DNA of 32,000 nt, from NCBI GenBank assembly GCA_017475605.1, contig JAFVFD010000004.1, positions 60,001 to 92,000 of the forward strand, written 5' to 3'. The translations under genes were made by a program, and so were the position numbers. A model generated the notes under the pieces. It was not told the origin of the DNA and did not search any database. It saw only the letters and a program-made list of their open reading frames with translations. Positions 26,536 to 32,000 of this stretch are shown here, in pieces; the first letter of the stretch is position 1; every line of letters starts with the position of its first letter. This DNA comes from Alphaproteobacteria bacterium (GTDB taxonomy: Bacteria; Pseudomonadota; Alphaproteobacteria; Rs-D84).

Positions 26536-27665
26536 GCATCCTTTTTTTCAAGTAACCATAACAATTCTTTGACTTTGATATTGCGGTCTTTCAGGTTTCT
26601 GGATCCACGATATGTATTATAATCACGTTCCACCAATGATACACAACCATATTTTTCAAGTATCCCCCTGAACACCTCAAGTGGTATTATACCTTCATTA
26701 TTATATGAAATCAAAATGAACTTTGATTTGGTATTTTTTATCAAATCATCCATGGCCGAAACTGCAGCATCGCGTTTATTATATGCTGATTTATACCAAT
26801 CAACAGATATACCGCTTACTCCATTTTGAATTTCTGTTGTTTCAGATGGATTCGCAATTATATTCAACATAAAATAATTAGAACCATACGGATGTTGGTT
26901 GTATGGCGGATCATAATACACCAAATCATAGCCCCCGCATTTATCTTGTTTAACAATATTATTGATATCATCAGATAATATCGTTACATCACATTCAGAA
27001 TCACTTAAAATAGGGGTTTGTAATTTAATTTCACCTTTGATGCGTTCTAGACAATTTTCTCCGCGCCCACCAAAATGCCCGATTCCGTCTTTTTTGTGAA
27101 ATCCCTTAAACACACCGGATGTATTAGTATGAATTGATGCCTGGACTAATAATGGTGCCAAAACAAAAGGCTTAATGCTTTCAGGAACAATAGAAAAAAT
27201 AATTTTTTTCATTGTATCTATACGCATTGCATTTTTATGTGTATAAAACACACGTTCTCCATGTTTTATATCGTCATCATTTTCTGGAGCATAGTTTTTT
27301 GTTATAAAACCGCTGTATAAATCTGTATCTGAGATGCTATTTAATCTGTTTATCCAATTTGTAACAGAATCATAATCAACATCACTTTTATTGGATAGAT
27401 AGCAACTATTTATAATACGCGCATAATTTTCTATATCATTGCTGTGTAATGTCGAACAATGATATTTTAAAAGGCGCGATACAACCCCACTACCTGCAAA
27501 ACCATCCAAAGCGAATATTTTTTCCTTATTTAGCCGACTTTTGACGGTTTCTATACCATTATTAATAAACGACAACAATGCACGTTTGTTCCCAATATAC
27601 GTAATTAATTGACTAGTCAAAAATGGGGATTGAAAATCTATATCTGTCCCGAACAGTGTTGTCAT
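26532..27665 (-). CDS. N6-adenine DNA methyltransferase (motif order FxGxG then DPPY; Dam/D12-like alpha group)
   Basis: YIGNKRALL, SAM-binding LDGFAGSGVVS, and catalytic VYYDPPYNQHPY. AAGGAAGG lies upstream of the ATG at 27665. The stop overlaps the REase start (ATGA). Confidence 0.85.
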   Translation of the reverse strand: MTTLFGTDIDFQSPFLTSQLITYIGNKRALLSFINNGIETVKSRLNKEKIFALDGFAGSGVVSRLLKYHCSTLHSNDIENYARIINSCYLSNKSDVDYDSVTNWINRLNSISDTDLYSGFITKNYAPENDDDIKHGERVFYTHKNAMRIDTMKKIIFSIVPESIKPFVLAPLLVQASIHTNTSGVFKGFHKKDGIGHFGGRGENCLERIKGEIKLQTPILSDSECDVTILSDDINNIVKQDKCGGYDLVYYDPPYNQHPYGSNYFMLNIIANPSETTEIQNGVSGISVDWYKSAYNKRDAAVSAMDDLIKNTKSKFILISYNNEGIIPLEVFRGILEKYGCVSLVERDYNTYRGSRNLKDRNIKVKELLWLLEKKDA

Positions 27666-27685
27666 ACGCCTTCCTTTGTAAACCT

Positions 27686-27715
27686 AATATAGTACACAAA
27701 GAAACCACAATTCAA
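27686..27715 (-). promoter_or_regulatory. Candidate promoter for the methyltransferase-endonuclease operon
   Basis: On the minus strand: TTGAAT (plus 27710-27715), 18 nt spacer, TATATT (plus 27686-27691), about 20 nt upstream of the MTase ATG. Confidence 0.3.
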
Positions 27716-27724
27716 TATTTATTT

Positions 27725-29095
27725 TTAACTAAGTGTTCTTAAACTTATTTTTTCATCATCAACGATTACTAGTTTGCCGGTATGTATTCCAAACGCACGC
27801 GCGGCATTAAACCCATCACGCATGCCGAACAACTGTTCGTTAAACATTGGCGACACGCCACGCAACAAACACAACTGGTTCGCAATCATTTTATCATTAC
27901 ACACCGCAATAATTGGAATATCGGGTTTTCGCGCAGAAATCATTTCCACCGCACCCGCATCGTGCGCAAATACAACAATCGCGGTCGCATGATTAAGGTA
28001 TGCCATAGACGACACCGACCGCGACCAATCATTTTGTGGTGTATTATCAACGCGCGACCAATCGTATGGATTCGCAATTGTATCCGCATCGGAAAAAGAC
28101 AAAATACGCGCCATTGTTTCAATCGCGTTTACCGGATTCGCGCCAATTGTTGTTTCATCACTTGTCATGGCGGAATCTGCACGCAAATATGCCGTATTTG
28201 CAACATCTGATATTTCCGCGCGGGTTGGGAATTCGTTTTCAACCATTGATGCCAACATTTGCGTTGCGATAATAACCGGCCTGTTCATCATACGACATGT
28301 CCGAATAATTTGACGCGTGATGGCGGGGACAGATTCATATGGAACCTCGACTGCTAAATCGCCGCGCGCAATCATAATTCCGTCCGCCGCGGTCGCAATT
28401 TCTTCGATGCGCGCAACCGCGTTGGGACGTTCTATCTTTGCTATAATTTTTATTGGATACGATGTGCGTGCGGTAATAAAATCACGCACCGCCGCAATAT
28501 CCGCACCACTTTGTACAAACGACACCGCAACAAAGTCCGGCCGCTTTGTGATTGCATATTCAAGGTCTTCGCGATCCTTGGCCGTTAAAACAGATGTTGC
28601 CACATCGGTATCTGGAATATTAAAACCGCGGCGCGACCATATTTCAGTTCCACGAACAACAGTTGCTGTTATTCGATGTTTCGTCACACGTTCCACACGC
28701 ATTTCAATTTTACCATCGTTTAATAAAATGCGATTACCAGGTTTTAACGATTTCAATACATCGCCGTCAGGCAAATAAACACGTGTTGAATCACCGGGCG
28801 TGGGGTCGTCATCAAAAATAAAATGCCCACCAACCTTTAACGGATAATGTTTATCAGTCTTAAAATCACCAATGCGATGCTTGGGGCCCTGTAAATCAAC
28901 GATAACCCCAACCGGTTTCCCAAGTTCCGCCGCAACATCACGTATAAGGTCTATTTTATGCCCCTGGACCCGTCCGGTGTCGTGGCTAAAATTAATACGG
29001 AACAAATCAGCACCCGCCACGACCATATCGCGTATAGTATCGCGATTTTCGCTTTTGGGACCAACGGACGCAACGATTTTGGTAAAATTGTACAT
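27725..29095 (-). CDS. pyk: Pyruvate kinase
   Basis: 456 aa starting MYNFTKIVASVGPKSE...FRINFSHD, with later MIARGDLAVEVP and other PK blocks. GGGAGAG lies upstream of the ATG at 29095. The 20-codon extension in the ORF track was rejected. Confidence 0.93.
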   Translation of the reverse strand: MYNFTKIVASVGPKSENRDTIRDMVVAGADLFRINFSHDTGRVQGHKIDLIRDVAAELGKPVGVIVDLQGPKHRIGDFKTDKHYPLKVGGHFIFDDDPTPGDSTRVYLPDGDVLKSLKPGNRILLNDGKIEMRVERVTKHRITATVVRGTEIWSRRGFNIPDTDVATSVLTAKDREDLEYAITKRPDFVAVSFVQSGADIAAVRDFITARTSYPIKIIAKIERPNAVARIEEIATAADGIMIARGDLAVEVPYESVPAITRQIIRTCRMMNRPVIIATQMLASMVENEFPTRAEISDVANTAYLRADSAMTSDETTIGANPVNAIETMARILSFSDADTIANPYDWSRVDNTPQNDWSRSVSSMAYLNHATAIVVFAHDAGAVEMISARKPDIPIIAVCNDKMIANQLCLLRGVSPMFNEQLFGMRDGFNAARAFGIHTGKLVIVDDEKISLRTLS

Positions 29096-29118
29096 AGACT
29101 CTCTCCCGATACAATTTC

Positions 29119-29146
29119 TTGATTTTTTCAATTTATGATATATCAT
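29119..29146 (+). promoter_or_regulatory. Candidate promoter for the DUF2312/GapR-like gene
   Basis: TTGATT (29119-29124), 16 bp spacer, TATCAT (29141-29146). The -10 element lies inside the 18 bp palindrome. Confidence 0.35.
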
Positions 29147-29149
29147 AAA
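29132..29149. repeat. Perfect 18 bp palindrome TTTATGATATATCATAAA in the pyk / gapR-like divergent spacer
   Basis: Read directly from the sequence: 29132-29140 TTTATGATA is the reverse complement of 29141-29149 TATCATAAA. Confidence 0.9.
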
Positions 29150-29177
29150 AGACATTACTTAACAAGGGGAAAAATAC

Positions 29178-29426
29178 ATGAAAAACGCAAACCATGGCGC
29201 AATTGACAACGCACAATTGCTTAGCATCATCGAAAGAATTGAAAAATTGAACGAAGATACCGCCGCAATCGCCGCTGATATCAAGGAAGTGTACAGCGAA
29301 GCAAAATCGGCCGGGTTTGATCCAAAATATATTCGTCAAATGATACGTTTGCGTAAACTGGATCCAGATGAATTGGACGAAGCGGACGAATTAACACAAA
29401 TGTATCGTAACGCGTTGGGTCTGTAA
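29178..29426 (+). CDS. DUF2312 (UPF0335) family protein, GapR-like nucleoid-associated protein
   Basis: 82 aa. LLSIIERIEKLNEDTAAIAADIKEVYSEAKSAGFDPKYIRQMIRLRK is the characteristic DUF2312 coiled-coil pattern found across Alphaproteobacteria. AAGGGGA Shine-Dalgarno. Confidence 0.8.
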   Translation: MKNANHGAIDNAQLLSIIERIEKLNEDTAAIAADIKEVYSEAKSAGFDPKYIRQMIRLRKLDPDELDEADELTQMYRNALGL

Positions 29427-29740
29427 TGAAACGTTTTACCAAACGGGTTGAAGATTTTACCTGTGCGCATTGTGGCGCAACTGTTTCGGGCAATGGATAT
29501 ACAAACCATTGCCCACATTGTTTATATTCCCGTCATGTTGATAACGCGCCGGGCGACCGCGCATCAAATTGTGGCGGTATGATGGCACCGATTGCGGTGG
29601 AAAAACGGGGCGATGATTTTATTATCACACACAAATGCGAAAAATGCGGAAAAACAATTCGCCAACACGCCGCCGAAAACGATGACATGGATACAATAAT
29701 TTCCATTTCCGCAAATAATTCTTTTATTTTTGGAAATTAA
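29426..29740 (+). CDS. RNHCP domain zinc-ribbon protein
   Basis: 104 aa with FTCAHCGATVSGNGYTNHCPHCLYSRHVD...PGDR...CGGMM and a second CEKCGK pair. The start overlaps the upstream stop (TAATG). Confidence 0.75.
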   Translation: MKRFTKRVEDFTCAHCGATVSGNGYTNHCPHCLYSRHVDNAPGDRASNCGGMMAPIAVEKRGDDFIITHKCEKCGKTIRQHAAENDDMDTIISISANNSFIFGN

Positions 29741-29742
29741 TT

Positions 29743-29763
29743 CCCCTTCGGATGCCGAAGTGG
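29743..29763. terminator. Hairpin between the convergent RNHCP and pyrG genes (weak terminator candidate)
   Basis: CCCCTTCGG-ATG-CCGAAGTGG (8 of 9 positions paired). There is no strong U-tract on either strand. Confidence 0.3.
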
Positions 29764-29791
29764 TGGATGCGTAGCAGACGGGGTAGTCATA

Positions 29792-31366
29792 TTAATTCTT
29801 ATGCTTCTTTGCCGCCGCGATAAATGCGTTGAACATTGGGTGGCCGGTGTATGGGCTGCTTTGAAACTCTGGATGGAATTGTCCGGCAATAAAGAACGGA
29901 TGATTTTTCAATTCCACTATTTCCGGCAGTCGCCCATCGGGACTGCGCCCAGAAATTATCATACCAGCGGATGCAAACTCTTTCTCAAAACCAATATTCA
30001 TTTCGTACCGATGCCGATGGCGTTCCGATATATGTTCCGCGCCCCAGATTTTGTGCGCAAGTGTCCCCGGTGTAATATCGCATGGGTACGCGCCCAACCG
30101 CAGTGTTCCGCCCATATTTTCCGCATCGTGCGCCGCCATAATATCAATTACCGGTTTTGCGCTTTTATTAAATTCGGTTGAATCTGCATCCGTCCAGCCC
30201 AACACATTACGCGCAAAGTCAATCACTGCAACCTGCATCCCCAGGCATATTCCCATATATGGTGTACCTGTTTCACGCGCGTATCCAGCCGCCGCGATTT
30301 TACCCGCAACACCGCGTACACCAAAACCGCCCGGCACCAATATTCCATCAACATCCGTACACGCGTCCGGCGTAAATTCTTCGGCGTTTATCTTTTTAAT
30401 TTTCACATGTACATTGTTTTGAATACCGGCATGGAATAATGCCTCGTTTAATGATTTATATGCGTCCGGCACATGAAAATATTTCCCAACAACACCAATA
30501 GTAACCGCTGGTAAATCAGCCGCCAAATAGTGTTCAATCTTTTTAAACTTGTCCATATTGCCAGCCGCATTTGGCAACCCAAAGTGGTCGGCGATAATAT
30601 CAAACACGTGTTGCGCATCGTATGCCAATGGAATCTTGTAAATATTATCAACATCAATACCACTTATTACATTTTGTGCCGGCATATTACAGAACATACC
30701 AATTTTTGCGCGTTCGTCCGCATCCAGCATACGCGGTGTTCGCACAATCAACATATCCGCCTGGATTCCGTTTTCAAGCAAGTGGCGCACCGACATTTGT
30801 GTTGGCTTGGTTTTTAATTCGCCACTTTTATCCAAATAAGGTGCCAATGTTAAATGAATAAACATCACATTACGGCGACCAACATCGTTCGCAAATTGCC
30901 GCGCCGATTCAAGAAAGATTTTCCCCTCGATATCGCCAACGGTGCCGCCTATTTCGCACACAACAAAGTCGGTATTTGTTGGGGCGGCAATATATTCTTT
31001 TATTTTATTACTGACGTGCGGAATCATCTGAACCGTCGCGCCCAAATAATCACCGCGCCGTTCCGCATTCAACACGTCCCAATATATGCGCCCGCCCGAC
31101 ACCGAATCGGCACGCCCCAGTTGCGCACCCAAGAATCGTTCGTAATAGCCCAGGTCCAGGTCCGTTTCAAAACCGTCATTTGTAACATAAACCTCGCCAT
31201 GCTGGAACGGGGACATTGTACCCGGATCTATATTTAAATATGGGTCAAATTTGCGTGCATGAACGGTATATCCACGCGATTGTAAAAGGGCGCCACAACT
31301 TGCCGCCGCGACGCCCTTGCCTAAACTTGAAACAACACCACCGGTAATAAATATATATTTTGCCAT
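29792..31366 (-). CDS. pyrG: CTP synthase
   Basis: 524 aa starting MAKYIFITGGVVSSLGKG, with DLDLGYYERF and the glutaminase triad region GICLGMQ. AAGGAAGG Shine-Dalgarno. Confidence 0.97.
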   Translation of the reverse strand: MAKYIFITGGVVSSLGKGVAAASCGALLQSRGYTVHARKFDPYLNIDPGTMSPFQHGEVYVTNDGFETDLDLGYYERFLGAQLGRADSVSGGRIYWDVLNAERRGDYLGATVQMIPHVSNKIKEYIAAPTNTDFVVCEIGGTVGDIEGKIFLESARQFANDVGRRNVMFIHLTLAPYLDKSGELKTKPTQMSVRHLLENGIQADMLIVRTPRMLDADERAKIGMFCNMPAQNVISGIDVDNIYKIPLAYDAQHVFDIIADHFGLPNAAGNMDKFKKIEHYLAADLPAVTIGVVGKYFHVPDAYKSLNEALFHAGIQNNVHVKIKKINAEEFTPDACTDVDGILVPGGFGVRGVAGKIAAAGYARETGTPYMGICLGMQVAVIDFARNVLGWTDADSTEFNKSAKPVIDIMAAHDAENMGGTLRLGAYPCDITPGTLAHKIWGAEHISERHRHRYEMNIGFEKEFASAGMIISGRSPDGRLPEIVELKNHPFFIAGQFHPEFQSSPYTGHPMFNAFIAAAKKHKN

Positions 31367-31444
31367 AAGACACCTTCCTTATGGACTTTTATCATAGAAA
31401 AAATATCGTTGCGATGCAACGAAATAAAATCCTATACTGTGGTC

Positions 31445-32000
31445 ATGCAGGAATTATGGAAAAATCAGCGTGAAAATCTGTTTCTTTATGTGCCGTTTAT
31501 AATGGCGGCTGGGGCTGCGCTTTATTTCACAATGGCGACCGAGCCAAATATTCCATATTGTTGGCTGGTGGCGGCGGTAACATTTGTCGCGGCAATCTTG
31601 ATTCGCATACCTGTTATTCGCGCAATACTGCTATTTATCTTTGGTTTTACATTCGCGAACACATATACAAACATTCTTGACACACCAACCATTACGCGTG
31701 ATTTACAAGATGTAAATGTTCATGGTCGCGTTGAACAAATAGATTATACGACCAATCGGGCGCGAATCTTTATTCGTGTGCCGGCACGCGAATTAAAAAT
31801 AAAGTCAGACGATGACACAATAATTCGGGTTTCTATTTCTGCGGACCAATTGCCGAATATAAACGATGAAATTACAACAAGTGCAACATTGTTCCAACCA
31901 AACACACCCGATATCTGGGGCGGTTTTGATTTTGCGCGCTGGGCATATTTTAATGGCATCGGCGCAACTGGATTCATAGACGATTTCCAAATAACGCATC
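31445..32000 (+). CDS. comEC: ComEC/Rec2-family DNA internalisation channel protein, N-terminal part (runs off window)
   Basis: The frame is open from the ATG at 31445 to the window end (185 codons, translated by hand). It has TM helices (LFLYVPFIMAAGAALYF, WLVAAVTFVAAILI), then an OB-like region ending FDFARWAYFNGIGATGFI, typical of ComEC N-termini. It is not in the ORF track because no stop lies within the window. Confidence 0.7.
   Translation, partial: MQELWKNQRENLFLYVPFIMAAGAALYFTMATEPNIPYCWLVAAVTFVAAILIRIPVIRAILLFIFGFTFANTYTNILDTPTITRDLQDVNVHGRVEQIDYTTNRARIFIRVPARELKIKSDDDTIIRVSISADQLPNINDEITTSATLFQPNTPDIWGGFDFARWAYFNGIGATGFIDDFQITH

Noticed and set aside
29096-29155. 20-codon extension of pyk, and the 29133..29339 minus ORF
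   Set aside because: The pyruvate kinase homology and the GGGAGAG Shine-Dalgarno support the ATG at 29095. The 29133..29339 ORF is antisense to the DUF2312 gene.
31744-31999. Two minus-strand ORFs (31744..31977, 31805..31999) at the window end
   Set aside because: The plus-strand frame from 31445 is open to the window end and shows ComEC N-terminal features. The minus ORFs are its antisense shadows.
1-32000. Search for CRISPR arrays, rRNA genes, IS elements/transposases, long direct or inverted repeats, and a VirB7-like lipoprotein gene
   Set aside because: No regularly spaced repeats, rRNA-like sequence, transposase-like ORFs or lipobox-bearing small ORFs were seen near the T4SS module. 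A manual scan cannot exclude short or degenerate elements.

Overview
This is a chromosomal segment that looks alphaproteobacterial, judged from gene content and order, at roughly 40-45% GC by eye. No taxon can be assigned without a database search.

Minus strand, 12.2 kb down to 1: the conserved superoperon tRNA-Trp, secE, nusG, rplK, rplA, rplJ, rplL, rpoB, rpoC. It is followed by a rho-independent terminator, a small HAD-type phosphatase and the first 19 codons of rpmF (L32).

Plus strand, 12.4-17.1 kb: a self-contained three-gene type IV secretion core module (VirB8-like, VirB9-like, VirB10/TrbI-like).
- It has a candidate promoter of its own and two tandem terminators.
- The VirB9-like protein carries a C-terminal SPOR peptidoglycan-binding domain.
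- The VirB10-like protein carries an extra N-terminal beta-rich region and a ~200 aa tail with 10 cysteines.

17.4-18.1 kb: a tightly linked two-gene cassette of unknown function, preceded by a cluster of CGAATCG/GANTC motifs.

Minus strand, 18.1-25.7 kb: yidC, lspA, a CPA2 (KefB/C-like) antiporter, rsmA, recR, an S41-like peptidase without a signal peptide, and a PBP5/6-type D-Ala-D-Ala carboxypeptidase with a SPOR tail.

25.8-27.7 kb: a visibly AT-rich type II restriction-modification pair, made of an N6-adenine methyltransferase (FxGxG then DPPY) and a clear EcoRI-family endonuclease.

27.7-32 kb: pyk, a divergent DUF2312/GapR-like gene translationally coupled to an RNHCP zinc-ribbon gene, pyrG, and the N-terminus of comEC running off the window.

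I found no rRNA, CRISPR array, IS element, transposase or integrase.

The most unusual content is the stand-alone, domain-decorated VirB8/9/10 module plus the adjacent unknown cassette. The R-M island is the clearest accessory insertion. All family assignments come from motif recognition by eye and need profile searches to confirm.
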